Part shown: piece by piece, positions 1 to 11,902 of the stretch | Numbering within the stretch: position 1 is the first letter of the stretch | Layout: each line of letters opens with the position of its first letter | Origin: Octopus vulgaris | Taxonomy: Eukaryota | Assembly (NCBI GenBank): GCA_951406725.2 | Contig: OX597834.1 | Coordinates: 10,478,001 to 10,542,000 of the forward strand | Length of the DNA stretch: 64,000 bases | Direction: 5' to 3' | The notes under the pieces: model-generated | What the model saw: only the letters and a program-made list of their open reading frames with translations | The model's database searches: none | What the model was told of the DNA's origin: nothing | Position numbers and translations under genes: made by a program

Positions 1-6
1 TTTTGC

Positions 7-44
<38 letters not shown>

Positions 45-47
<3 letters not shown>

Positions 48-241
48 ACGGGAAGGTTTACGAAAATAAACAAAAGACGAAGGCAGGTGGAGTACAAACA
101 AACAAATGTATTAGTATGGCGCTCAGGATCAGAAATAGAAAAAGTCTTTTACGTTTCGAGCCTACGCTCTTCGGCAGAAAGATACACAGAAGAAACAAGG
201 AGAGAAAAAATGCGTTGATGAGCTAACGATCTATCATGGCG

Positions 242-242
<1 letters not shown>
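45..242 (-). mobile_element. Short (TA)n-embedded Penelope pLTR-like module, family H1
   Basis: Between (TA)n tracts; homologous by eye to 27430-27695 and 46835-47006; contains hammerhead-like motif at 146-181. Confidence 0.6.
146..181 (-). ncRNA. Minimal type-I hammerhead-like motif, variant core
   Basis: Minus strand: cttt CTGCCGA A GAGC-gtag-GCTC GAAAC GTA aaag; stem I cttt/aaag, 4-bp stem II, loopless palindromic stem III (ACGT). Confidence 0.55.
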
Positions 243-308
<66 letters not shown>

Positions 309-309
309 T

Positions 310-735
310 TAATGCAGTATAAATGACACTGAGGACATTTCATAACATGTGTGGTCCTTCATGCAATCTACAGACTGGACTCAGTTGTTATATGCATGAT
401 AAGATAGGACGATAGAAGAAGAGAAAATAGCATCAAAGGCGAGAGGGAAGTGGATGTATAAAGTGAAACGGGGAAAACACCGGAAAACTAACAGAAAACT
501 GGAAAAGGCAAACTAAGAAGTAGAAAGGGGAGAATTAGAATTACGTCCCCTTTGAGCGTAAAGCCATAATAAGGCTGAACGGATAGGGATCTAATGTGAA
601 CAGAAACGCCACTAAATCAGGAGAGGGTGCTATTTTCTAATTTGCCAACAGGAATTTATCCATATGTTTACACCCTCTCAAAGCGTCAGATCTGGTATCC
701 AGCAATGAAATTGAGTTCTTAGATCAGAAAATGAT
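310..735 (-). mobile_element. Penelope-like (Naiad-type) 3' end: GIY-YIG C-terminus plus 3' UTR
   Basis: 720->637 translates KNSISLLDTRSDALRGCKHMDKFLLAN*, matching the LNxRSExxxxCRHxxKFLL end of Naiad-type ORFs; left boundary approximate. Confidence 0.6.
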
Positions 736-1200
736 CTGCTATTTCGGTGAGTCACAGGTACAGAAAAATATTCAACAGACACTCGATTTAATTACCATTA
801 AGCTGCTTTCTCAATATGAAGACCATCATTACACACAAACGAGATGAAAAGCCTACTTCCGCTTGTAACTGTTGAGACGCAGGAACTTGTGCCATCCACC
901 AGGGGTGCATGTTTAAATCAATCATATATGGGGCAGAATTTACAACAGTGCTAGATAACATAAGCGAAAAGAAGGGTTACACTGCGTTGAGGTTACTTCA
1001 AAAATCGCTGTGCCGACCATATATCTTCCTTCAGCTACAAAGATGACAGGAAGCAACTAAGCTGGTAAGCCACGTATGGGGTTTGAGGTCTAACGCCACA
1101 CCACATACAATCAATTGGAATATAGCTGAAAAGTCCATGCCAGATGTTAATGGATAAAAAATGCAAGCTATGCAGACTCTATTCAGATCTAAGAACTCCA
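736..1200 (+). pseudogene. Decayed Penelope-like (Naiad-type) linker + GIY-YIG endonuclease fragment
   Basis: Manual translation across stops/frameshifts: SHRYRKIFNRHS..ACNC*DAGTCAIHQGCMFKSIIYGAEF..FKNRCADHISSFSYK..ATKLVSHVWGLRSNATPHTINWNIAEKSMP..KCKLC. Confidence 0.75.
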
Positions 1201-2079
1201 CCACAATGCAGAATTGCAGATCTCGTCCATGTTTATTTTTGTTTCATATTATCCCGTTAAAAGGTTTTTTTATGTCCTGCATCTCCGCTTACGCGATAAT
1301 TGTTTACTCACTGAAATTATTTTTCATTCATTCATCTTTCAACGTTTTATGCAATAAAACTGTCAATGTACAACAATTTTAATCATCACAATTTGGGCTG
1401 ATTATAGCCATCCCGTGAAGGAATTATTTGGCTGGGATGGTCGATTCTGGTTTATTTTATTCCAGTGTGTGTGTGTGTATATATGTGTGTGTGCGTATGT
1501 GTATATTAATGTGTGTCTGTATGGGTGTGTGTTTTCGCTCCTCCTCGACGCTCGACAACCTATGCCTGTCTGTTTTGTACTCGTAACCTGGCGTTTCAAC
1601 ACCAAAAATGAAGAGCTTACTTTCAAAACTGGTCTAAGTCATATTTGGTCGATTCCATGATAACCATTAAAACACAATCTGCAAGATGCTGGCTTTTTCC
1701 CATTAAACTGTGATACATGCCATATAGACTTTAGGCGAATCTTAGTCTTCCAATCAAAATGAGATATATTCAAGTTGTTGTTTTAAACAAGTACTCAAAA
1801 GTCATTCTGATGCATAGATTTGGTTTTGAAAGTAAGCTTTTCAAAAAGTTTAGGACAAAGGTACTGGGGTCGATCAGTTCGACCAAAACTTTGATGGCAG
1901 TGCTCCAGTGTGGCCACAGTGATACAACTGAAACAAGTAAACATCAAAAGGAATACGACTTGCTAAGTCGAAAATATTTATTATTGCTCCTAATAAATGA
2001 TATTTTACTGTTTTTTGCCTTGATCTTTATATTTTTTTAATGGTAATATTTATAAATTTTCCGCTTTAATAAAATATTA

Positions 2080-2472
2080 TTTTCTACTCTTGGCACAAGG
2101 CTCGAAATTTTTGAGGAGGGGGCCAGTCAATTAGATTGACACCAGTATTCTACTGGTACTTAATTTATCGAGCCCGAAGGGATGAAAGGTAAAGTCGATC
2201 TCGGGTGAATTTAAAATCAGAACGTAAAGACAGACGAAATACCTACTTCTTTACTGCCCACAAGGGGCTAAACACAGAAAGGGAAAACCAGGACAGACAA
2301 AGGGATTAAGTCGATTACATCGAACCCAGTGCGTAACTGGTACTTAATTTATCGACACCGAAAGGATGAAAAGCAAAGTCGACCTCGGCGGAATTTGAAC
2401 TCAGAACGTAATGGCAGACGAAATACTGCTAAGCATTTCGCCTGGCGAGTTAATGCTTCTGCCAGTTTGCCG
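2080..2472 (-). mobile_element. Two abutting tRNA-headed SINEs, family B
   Basis: Match to head ggcgagctggcagaa..gagttcaaattcc (Pol III A/B box-like) and core gtcgactttgcctttcatcc seen in >10 copies. Confidence 0.85.
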
Positions 2473-2519
2473 TTTCGGCTTTGATAAAATATTAAAACTG
2501 AAGACAAAAACGTTTCAAA

Positions 2520-2556
2520 CTGTTACTCAGAGTTTCACGTAGCCTTTCATCACACA
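2520..2556 (-). ncRNA. Degenerate hammerhead remnant, same family as 25241-25290
   Basis: Minus strand tgt GTGATGA aaggctacgt GAAA CTCTGAGT A acag. Confidence 0.45.
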
Positions 2557-2956
2557 AATACAATACGGAATAGTTAAATTATGTGAGAATATATCATATA
2601 ACATAGTCTTTCGTAAATATATTTCGATGAATAAGCATTTGAGTGTAACTGGGTAGCTAATTGTCTACCAGTGGTTGTTGACCGAAGAAATATATATAAA
2701 CAGTAGTTGAATTGAAAAAATTGGGTGTAAAAGCGAGTTAACAAAAGAGAATAAAATATTTCTCTGCCTATGTCCAGAAATAGAAATTGCGAATAATTAA
2801 AAGCGATATAACAGAAATATTAAAAAAAAAACATAAAGAGCAATTTAAAATTGAAATTAGAATTTGAATTAGAATTAAAGATTACAAGGTATATTTGAGA
2901 ATAAAATACGTAAGCAAAAGAAACACCAAACAAAAGAAGAAATAATAATAATTATT

Positions 2957-3173
2957 AGTTCTATTCTAGGCACAGGGCTTAGAAAATTCTTTGGAGGAAA
3001 GGGATTAGTCGATTACATCAACCCCAGTGTGTAACTGGTATTTATTTCATTGACCCCGAAAGGATGAAAGGCAAAGTCTTCCTCAGCGGAATTTGAACGC
3101 ATGATGTAGCGACAGGTGAAAGACCGCTAAGTATTTCATCCTTCGTGCTAACCACTCTACCAGCTCGCTGCCT
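2957..3173 (-). mobile_element. SINE family B, diverged
   Basis: Similarity to family B core. Confidence 0.75.
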
Positions 3174-3315
3174 TCAATGAAGGTGACAATACGAAGAAAG
3201 ACTTCAAGTGGTAGAGTTTACAGATGATGAGATGAGAGAAATCGAAATATATATAAATATACAGAAAATGCACAGTGTATACAATAAATCAGAGAAGGGA
3301 AGCATACATAGTATT

Positions 3316-3475
3316 AAACACGTCCCCGTCACTTAGCGGTTCGGCCAAAGAGTGCGATAGAATAAGTACTGGGCTTACAAAGAATAAGTCCCGGGGTATA
3401 TTTGTTCGACTAAAGGCGGTGCTCCAGCATGGCCGCAGTCAAATGACTGAAACAAGTAAAAGAGTAAAAGAGAAT
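3316..3475 (+). mobile_element. SINE family A, 3' half
   Basis: acgtccccgtcacttagcggttcgg..ggcggtgctccagcatggccgcagtcaaatgactgaaacaagtaaaag. Confidence 0.85.
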
Positions 3476-3739
3476 AAGCAAATGCATAAATAAAAATAAA
3501 AAAGAAGCAAATTGAAAAGCAAGGGACAAAAAACGGAAGGAAGAAATGGAAAAAGAAAACAAAAGAAAGAATACGGGGTAAATAAGATCGGAGAGAGAGA
3601 GAGAGAGAATGTTGTGGAAGGGTAGAAGGGGTTGTTTAACGATATAAATATATGAAAACAGATATAGGTAATGGAAGTATCAAAGTATTTGAGGAGTGAA
3701 ATGTGATCGGCGGTAATTGGCAGCAGTATAGAATTAGAG

Positions 3740-3934
3740 GAAATGCTTAGCGGTATTTCGTCTGCGTTACGTTGTGAGTTCAAATTCCGCCGAGGTCGAC
3801 TTTGCCTTTCATCCTATCGGGGTCGATAAATTAAGTACCAGTTACGCACTGGGGTCGATTTAATCGACTTAATACCTATGTCTGTCCTTGTTTGTTCCCT
3901 CTGTGTTTAGCCCCTTGTGGGTAATAAAGAAATA
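3740..3934 (+). mobile_element. 5'-truncated SINE family B with 15-bp target-site duplication
   Basis: agtatagaattagag at 3725-3739 and 3935-3949. Confidence 0.9.
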
Positions 3935-4265
3935 AGTATAGAATTAGAGCAGAGGAGCAGAATAGAAAGTGTATAACAACATAAATATAAGTTTACACAC
4001 AGAGAGGAAACTAAATTATTTTATTCCACACGGTTACAAAGGAAGAAAACGAGAAATCATATATAAATATATATATATATATATAATCAAAAAAGGGTAA
4101 TAACATAGATTACTACCAGTGGCCCAGCACAAAAGACGAATTAGTCATTAGACAAAATATTATTCATATAGAAATATAATTAAGGGCTCCTAAATAAGGA
4201 TGCCAAGTGCTAGGGACACAAAAAAGGGATAAATTCATCGAGAGTGAAAATCAAAAACATTTAAC

Positions 4266-4317
<52 letters not shown>

Positions 4318-4639
4318 AATGTAAAAATATACAAACTGGGACAAGAACGTGAAACATTTAGAAGACGATACAAAAAACAAGGACGGGACATTCGAAGCCT
4401 TCAATCTTCAGTCAAGAACCGGATCATCTTCGCAATTTCGGATGATTAATCTTGAGATTGCTCCGATCTGGCCAGCCCCAAAGGAAAATCTAAGCCAAGC
4501 GCATTAGATTCCTTGGAAGAAAGCCTCGAATGTATACAAAACAAGGACGGAAAACGGACGATGTTACACGAATAAAAATACAAAAATACGTAAAAACAAT
4601 AATGATAATAATAATAACAACAAAAAACAGGACGTCAGA

Positions 4640-4677
<38 letters not shown>

Positions 4678-4680
<3 letters not shown>

Positions 4681-5156
4681 GAAAGGTTGAAACAGCTAAG
4701 ACTCTACTCCATGGAGAGAAGACGGGAGAGGTATGCAGTAATATATCTCTGGAAGATCCTGGAAGGAATTGTGCCAAATTTTGACATTGAAAGCTACACC
4801 AATTCTAGAACGGGACGGCACTGCATAGTGCCAAAGATCCCAGCAATGCCATCACGTTTCAGGATCAGTTACTGCAACAGCCTAGGTTTCAAGGGCCCAC
4901 TATTTTTAATATTCTCCCAAAGAGGCTGAGGAACTTCCACAAATTAGATGTAGGGGATTTAAAATGAAAGCTGGACCTTTTCCTGTCGAGAGTCCCTGAT
5001 GAGCCTACATCACGGCAAGTGGTGCAAATTCGGGTAGCTATATCAAACTCCATTCTTCATGAAGTGCCACATATTAGAGGAGGCTCCTAGTAATAACAGT
5101 GTAGCGCAAAACTGCGGTGCATCAGCATGGCCACAGCTCCGAGCTGAAAGTCTAAA
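4678..5156 (+). mobile_element. CR1-group LINE 3' fragment (ORF2 C-terminus + 3' UTR)
   Basis: LRLYSMERRRERYAVIYLWKILEGIVPN..SLGFKGP..KLDLFLSRVPDEP; typical post-RT C-terminal region. Confidence 0.75.
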
Positions 5157-5173
5157 TATATATACATATATAT

Positions 5174-5230
<57 letters not shown>

Positions 5231-5422
5231 TAAATTAGGGTATCTACGAGATACCACCATGCTGAAAATAGCAGCCATGAACCGACTTTAAAACCACCTT
5301 AAAGTGGTTTTTAGAGTCTGTTCAATAATTTAAAAATTTTAATAATTATTACCTTTGAAGGTTAGTTTTTTCCATGCTGATCATTTGATGGGTTTGTTAT
5401 TTTATTTTAAACTAAATCTTAT

Positions 5423-5474
<52 letters not shown>

Positions 5475-5904
5475 AACATGGTAATTAAATTGAGGCAACA
5501 GAATTTGGTACGGTATCATCCATACAATTTCAAAAAAAGATAATTAAAATCAAAATAAGCAACAAGGATATCCAATGTGAATTTTATCTGTAAAATTTGA
5601 AGAAACAGATCACATGATTAGCCTTACAAAATTTTGTAGGTTCCCCCGTACTTCTATGGCTATATTTTTGTGTTGAAAATAATGACTGAAAGAGTTGAGT
5701 GAATATATCTAGTGACAGTCCCAAAACGAGACACTCTAAATTTATACGGCATCGTGGTAGAGTGTATAGTGCAGTGGTTAAATTCTTATGATGTGCGTCT
5801 ATGTACGCAGGCATCAAATTTTTGTTCTCAACTAAAATTGTGCGGGAAAAAGCCGTCATTGCATCCAAAGTTTAGGTTGTTAGCTATATAAATTCAACAT
5901 GTCG

Positions 5905-6192
5905 ATCAGTCGATCTTCCGACACAGCTGGAGTTTCAGGGGTCCAAAATTGTTCAACATCTAGCTAAACGAATTTAGAGATTTGCGGGGTGTAGATGTGG
6001 AGGTCTTTAAAAAACATTTAGAGAAATTTATGATAGAAATACCAAATGAATCCATATCGCAACACGAGGCACAGAGAAGAGCGGCTCGCCGTCTAACTCA
6101 CTTCTTCACCACTAATATCAGTACAGAAAAGATACCCAAACACATTGAACTGCATTGCACCGGTATGGCCCCAGCCTTTGGCGAATACTAGT
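5905..6192 (+). mobile_element. CR1-group LINE 3' fragment, diverged relative of 4678-5156
   Basis: FRGPKLFNI..LRGVDVEVFKKHLEKFMIEIPNE aligns by eye to the same C-terminus. Confidence 0.65.
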
Positions 6193-6237
6193 ATTATATA
6201 TATATCTTATGCATGTCATTAAATAAGATCTTATGTA

Positions 6238-6732
6238 TGACATGAATAAGTTCTGGTCATCAAATCTAAGTAGACTTCAAACTTGAAATCTTCAAAGCCA
6301 CAGTCGAACCAATTCTACTATATGGATCAGAAACCTGGACGTTATCAAAGAAGCTTGAGAGGCGGTTGGATGGAACCTACACTCGCCTCCTTATGAGAGC
6401 TCAAAATCTCTCGTGGAAGCGCCATCCAACCAAAATGCAAATATATGGGAAACTTCCACCTGTGTCATCTCTTGTGAAAGGTAGGAGAATCCAGTTTGCT
6501 GGACATTGTTGTAGAGCTGAAAACGAGGCAGTTTCTACTCTTTTCCTCTGGATGCCATCTACTCGCAATACCAGAGGGCGCACACTCTCCTACCCTGATG
6601 TAATCTCCAGGGATATAGGCATCCAGCAACAAGACCTCCGTAATGCCATGATGGACCGTGAAGTCTGGTGTAGCATGGTAAATTCCATTGTCTCAACCAC
6701 GGTCGAACAATGATGATGATGATAATGATGAT
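6238..6732 (+). mobile_element. RTE-clade LINE 3' end, 5'-truncated
   Basis: FKATVEPILLYGSETWTL..LDGTYTRLLMRAQNLSWK..RRIQFAGHCCR..DREVW, then a (TGA)n tail directly after the stop. Confidence 0.85.
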
Positions 6733-7380
6733 ATATATCTTCGTTATAAGATCATAAATCAGGAGAAGAGCATACCCTATAAGATATATCAAGCGAAAGA
6801 AGACAACTCGCTCGGCTATAATTTTTGAAGGGGAATATTTTTTTGATCTATCACCGGCGCTCTTGTGTTTAAAAAAAAAACTTTCTTTGCAGAGAACAGT
6901 TATCGTTTAGGATAACTAAAGATATGTCTAGTTCACGCTAGATATGAAACCGATGTTTTTTTTTTATCTAAACTGTTAGTTCACACATACAAATATATAT
7001 ATATAAAGTTGAAAAAAGATTAGAGATCTATACAAATCAAATTTTCATATATAAAAGATGGAGGTGGAAACATCACGGAAGAAAATCTAAGACATCTCAA
7101 TTTAGAAAGAATTTAATAAAAAATAATATTAAAATTATATAAAGAAAGTATAAAATATTACCGCTTTTGATGATGGATTTCATCTTATCAAATATTGATA
7201 AAAATTTATAAAAAAGTTGAAGTAAAAACAGTTTGTTTTCTGTTTGTTGGACAAACATGTCTGGAGTATTTTGGTTGAAGTCTTCTTTAAATATAGCTTG
7301 CTATAAAGTTCAAGGTGTTATAGAGAAAGAGAGGGGGCGTAGTTGTCTATTTTCTATCCCTCTCTCTCTGTCTATCTCTT

Positions 7381-7424
<44 letters not shown>

Positions 7425-7426
<2 letters not shown>

Positions 7427-7604
7427 GGAGTAAACACATTAATGTTAAACAAGGTGGAAAAAAGAGTACTCAAATACAAGTGGTAGAGTAATATGCCTTA
7501 TTTAAAGCAGCAGAAAATTCAACAAAACCTGTTACTCTGAGTTTCCCGGCAACGGGAATCTCAGAGTAACAAGTTTTGTTGAATTTTCTGCTGCTTTAAA
7601 TAAA
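7425..7604. mobile_element. (TA)n-embedded fold-back pLTR-like module, family H2
   Basis: Inverted arms about 7498-7548 / 7553-7604 around loop GCAA; extra tail 7425-7497; same family as 25160-25390. Confidence 0.8.
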
Positions 7605-7653
<49 letters not shown>

Positions 7654-7678
7654 GGTCCCGGGTTGATTCGGGGTTAAC

Positions 7679-7728
<50 letters not shown>

Positions 7729-8253
7729 TGTATACATATGTATATATATACTTTTAGGCAAGATGTGAGAAGGAGCAGGGCACCCCTTCTGCTATAGCCC
7801 AGGCCGGCGAAGGCCAGACAAGGTTTTTGTCGGAGCGAATATACGAATAAGAAAAGTATCTACATGGAAATTATTGTATACGAATAAATATATAATGTAA
7901 TAAAGTCATATCTTTACTGCTGTTTCGGTTAACAAATGACTATTGTCACAACAATATTCATTATTAAAATGAAATAATCTTACGGATTTCTAGAGATTCT
8001 TGATAATTTTAAAGATCCATTATGAGAAATTATATTCGTAAAGCATTTGATTCTGGCAAACGCTCGCTGAATAAACAAATAAATAAATAAATAAATAAAT
8101 AACTACTTGGCTGTCTGGTAAGAAGCTTCCTTCTTAACCACATGGTTCTGGGTTCAGTCCTACTGCGTCGCACCTTGGGTAGGTGTCTTCTACTATAGAC
8201 TCGGCAGCCTTGTGTCTGTAGATTTGGTAGACGGAAACAGAAGCTCGTCGTAC

Positions 8254-8327
<74 letters not shown>

Positions 8328-8329
8328 AA

Positions 8330-8650
8330 TTAATAAATAAAATAAAACATATGCATATATACATACATATATGTACGTACCTACCTGTACATGTATATAT
8401 ACATGCATATATGGGTACAGGACACCAAAAAATAAGAACGTCGAACACAATGAGAAACGAAAACATAAACACAAAACCAAGGAAATGGACATTTTTCTTA
8501 AAAAACGAAAAAAATAGAGTACGAGACATACAACACAAGGAACATTCTCCAACGAAGTCGCCTTTGTTTCATCTACTCCACGTTTCGAAGGTCAAGGCGA
8601 TACACGACTTTGTGGAAACTTTCCTTCCCGAGAAAAGCAAATTAAATACA
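8330..8650 (-). mobile_element. (TA)n-embedded dispersed repeat, family E
   Basis: Reverse-complement similarity to 49385-49625 and 50095-50490; related copy at 54270-54475. Confidence 0.65.
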
Positions 8651-8658
8651 CCCCCCCC

Positions 8659-8703
<45 letters not shown>

Positions 8704-8744
8704 GCTATAGATAATGAACATATAGACTCATATAGCTAGTTACC

Positions 8745-8939
8745 TTGTTTTCCCCATTTTCTCCTCTGGACGGGACGCCGTTCTATCGCATGGTTACTTA
8801 TGCCCGGTCAGTGAACTGGAGTAACGCGAAATGAAGCGCTTTCCTTAAAAACACACCGCATCAACTGGCCGAGGGGTCGAAATCACATTCTTACAATCAT
8901 AAAGTCCATCACTCCTATCCACTAAACTACATGCCTTCA

Positions 8940-8940
<1 letters not shown>
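8745..8940 (-). mobile_element. SINE family D, diverged
   Basis: Similar to 55125-55452 (ctggacgggacgcc..gaaatgaag..aaaacac). Confidence 0.65.
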
Positions 8941-8993
<53 letters not shown>

Positions 8994-9371
8994 CACTCAC
9001 TTCTCTTCCTACATATATATGTAATTATATAGCAAGAAGTTTACTAAGAGTTTTACTCGTGATGTAATTTGATCACAGTCTTTAGACGCCGACTTACAAC
9101 CATCAGCCGCATATCACATATGTCACATATAAGCACAGACTCAATTAATATTGGCAATAAAGAACTTGGCAGATACATGTATCTAGGAATTCCTATCCGA
9201 GATACCGGATATCTCACCTGCAGCAAAAATCCAAATTTACCGAAGCACACTAATAACCTGATAATAGATATGCTCATATAAATTTCTCTATAAACATAAT
9301 TAAATTAGAAGAGCGTGGTGGTGCTATAGCAGTATTGATATTATGCCTTGAAATATTATTCACGGCCATTA

Positions 9372-9905
9372 GGACGGCAAGCTGGCAGAATCGTTAGCAA
9401 GCCGGTTAAAATGCTGAGCAGCATTTTGTCCATATTTACGTTCTGAGTTCAAATTCTGCTGAGGTTGAGATTTTGCCTTTCGTCCTTTCCAGCTCGTTAA
9501 AATAAATATCTGTGCAGCACTGGGGTTGATGTGACCCCTGCCCCGAAATTGCAGGCATAATACCAATATTATTCTCGGTCTAAGGCGGCGAGCTGACAGA
9601 ATCGTTAGCAAGCCGGTTAAAATGCTGAGCGGCATTTTGTCCATATTTACGTTCTGCGTTCAAATTCTGCTGAGGTTGAGTTTTTGCCTTTGATCCTTTC
9701 CGGCTCGTTAAACTAAATATCAGTGGAGCACTGGGGTGGATGTGACCCCTGCCCCGAAATTTCTGGCATAATACCAATATAGCTCACGGTCTAAGGCGGC
9801 GAGCTGGCAGAAACGTTAGCACGCCGGGCGAAGTTTGTAGCCGTATTTCATCTACCGTTACGTTCTGAGTTCAAATTCCGCCGAGGTTGACTTTGCCTTT
9901 CATCC
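9372..9905 (+). mobile_element. Tandem array of three family-B SINE units (about 210-bp period)
   Basis: Heads at about 9372, 9583 and 9794; first two units near-identical; third cut off at a MITE. Confidence 0.9.
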
Positions 9906-9909
9906 TTAA

Positions 9910-10118
9910 CCCCAAGAGGACATCCCCTCTAGCTGGTTAACAATGCAGAGCTGCATCTGATAAATTACGAGGAGTGGAGCAAACCCCTATCACCTTCTAG
10001 CTGCAGGACCAGTAGACCAGTCCTGGTTTCGGGCTATTTCTGCCAGTCTTCCGTACAGGACACCTCTTATGCTAGAGATGGCAGTAGCTTTCCAGCTAGA
10101 GGAGATGTCCTCTTGGGA
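9910..10118. mobile_element. piggyBac-type MITE
   Basis: TTAA at 9906-9909 and 10119-10122; about 27-bp TIR ccccaagaggacatcccctctagctgg / ccagctagaggagatgtcctcttggga. Confidence 0.8.
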
Positions 10119-10272
10119 TTAAAAAAAATCGCAATAGAGTCCGTTTGTACGGAGAGCCATGTTGAAGTGGATACAAATATTACATGTAAGAAAAACTACT
10201 GCGTTGATCTCTTAGAGGGATTTTAAAACTAGCATTTTTGCGTATTGCAAAATCAGTGACTGTTTTCGCTTG

Positions 10273-10392
<120 letters not shown>

Positions 10393-10401
10393 ATATATAT
10401 G

Positions 10402-10458
<57 letters not shown>

Positions 10459-10524
10459 TATGTATATATATATGTATATATATATATGTATATATATATA
10501 TATGTATATGTATATAATAATAAA

Positions 10525-10926
10525 TATTAGGGAATGAATCCAAAATTACAGGGAAAAATCAGATTTAGGGTTAAATCCAATTTTATAGTAAAATATTATA
10601 TAATATAATTCGAGAAAAAACCACTATTTTAAAACCAAACAAGGAAAGACTTAATCAATACATAAAATTTTAATATAAATTAAATAAACCGCCACTATAA
10701 ATGTTTCATGTCTGCTCCGACAATCTTCAGGTGGATTTTCGATCTTCTAATCAGTATCAAAATTTGATACTGATTAGAAGATCGAAAATCCACCTGAAGA
10801 TTGTCGGAGCAGACATGAAACATTTGTAGTGGCGGTTTATTTAATTTATATTAAAATTTTATGTATTGATTAAGTCTTTCCTTGTTTGGTTTTAAAATAG
10901 TGGTTTTGTCTCGAATTATATTATAT
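10525..10926. mobile_element. (TA)n-embedded fold-back pLTR-like module, family H3
   Basis: Near-perfect about 163-bp inverted arms 10598-10761 / 10763-10926, 1-nt centre; extra tail 10525-10597; long (TA)n on both sides. Confidence 0.85.
10790..10832 (+). ncRNA. Type-I hammerhead ribozyme motif
   Basis: ccac CTGAAGA t TGTC-ggagca-GACA t GAAAC attt GTA gtgg; mirror copy on minus strand 10693-10735 has ATA in place of GTA. Confidence 0.8.
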
Positions 10927-10947
10927 GTATATGTATATATATATATA

Positions 10948-10993
<46 letters not shown>

Positions 10994-11039
10994 AATGTAT
11001 GTATATATATATGTATATATATATAAATGTATGTATATA

Positions 11040-11148
<109 letters not shown>

Positions 11149-11266
11149 TGGTAAAAACGGTAAGATAACAAAAGAAAGAAAGGGACCTCAATATTATGTA
11201 AATAGAGGAAATTTATCTGTAAAATAAGGTGACAATTATTCAATAGCCAAGATAAGAGATGGCCAG

Positions 11267-11324
11267 ATAACCGAAGAGATGGTGTTGTGGATTCCCACCT
11301 CGGCATCCGAAACTCAGATATTAT
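11267..11324 (+). ncRNA. Degenerate type-I hammerhead motif in (TA)n-embedded module 11148-11340
   Basis: ataa CCGAAGA GATG..gtgg-attc-ccac..CATC c GAAAC tcag ATA ttat; module also has inverted tatctgtaaaataa / ttattttacagata. Confidence 0.55.
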
Positions 11325-11335
11325 TTTACAGATAT

Positions 11336-11381
<46 letters not shown>

Positions 11382-11524
11382 AGCAGGGGAGATTCCTAAC
11401 AACTTTAAAAAAACTCTCACTCTTTCTGTCACCCCACACATAAAAATCTACCTAATCGTATCAATTTTTGAAAATTCTGAAACAATTCATGACAGTAATT
11501 AGATAGTTCTTATACAATTCTGTT

Positions 11525-11902
11525 ATTCTTTTACTTGTTTCAGTCATTTAACTGCAGCAATGCTGGAGCAACGCTTCGATGGGTTTTAGTTGAACAAATC
11601 GACCCCGGGTTTTATATTTAAGCTTAGTACTTATTCAAACGGTCTCTTTTGTCAAACCCCTAGTTTACATATCAATACCGGTTATCCAGCGGAGCAGGGA
11701 CATACAGACACGGACACACACACAAGCACAAACACAGAGGAGGGATTCTTTCAGTTTCCGTCTACCAAATCCCCTCAGAGGTTTTTGGTTGGACCAAAGC
11801 TATAGTAGAAGACACTTGCCCCAGGTACCCCGCTATGGGACTGAACCGAGGAACCATGTGATTTGGAAGCAATCTTTTTACCACAAACCCACACCTGTGG
11901 CA
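11525..11902 (-). mobile_element. SINE family A, diverged full length
   Basis: Head and tail both recognisable. Confidence 0.8.

Noticed and set aside
7910-7935. Minus-strand GAAAC-agca-GTA half-motif
   Set aside because: Matching CUGANGA half not found, so not called a ribozyme
9372-9905. CRISPR-like or satellite array
   Set aside because: Units are whole SINE copies with no unique spacers; eukaryotic context
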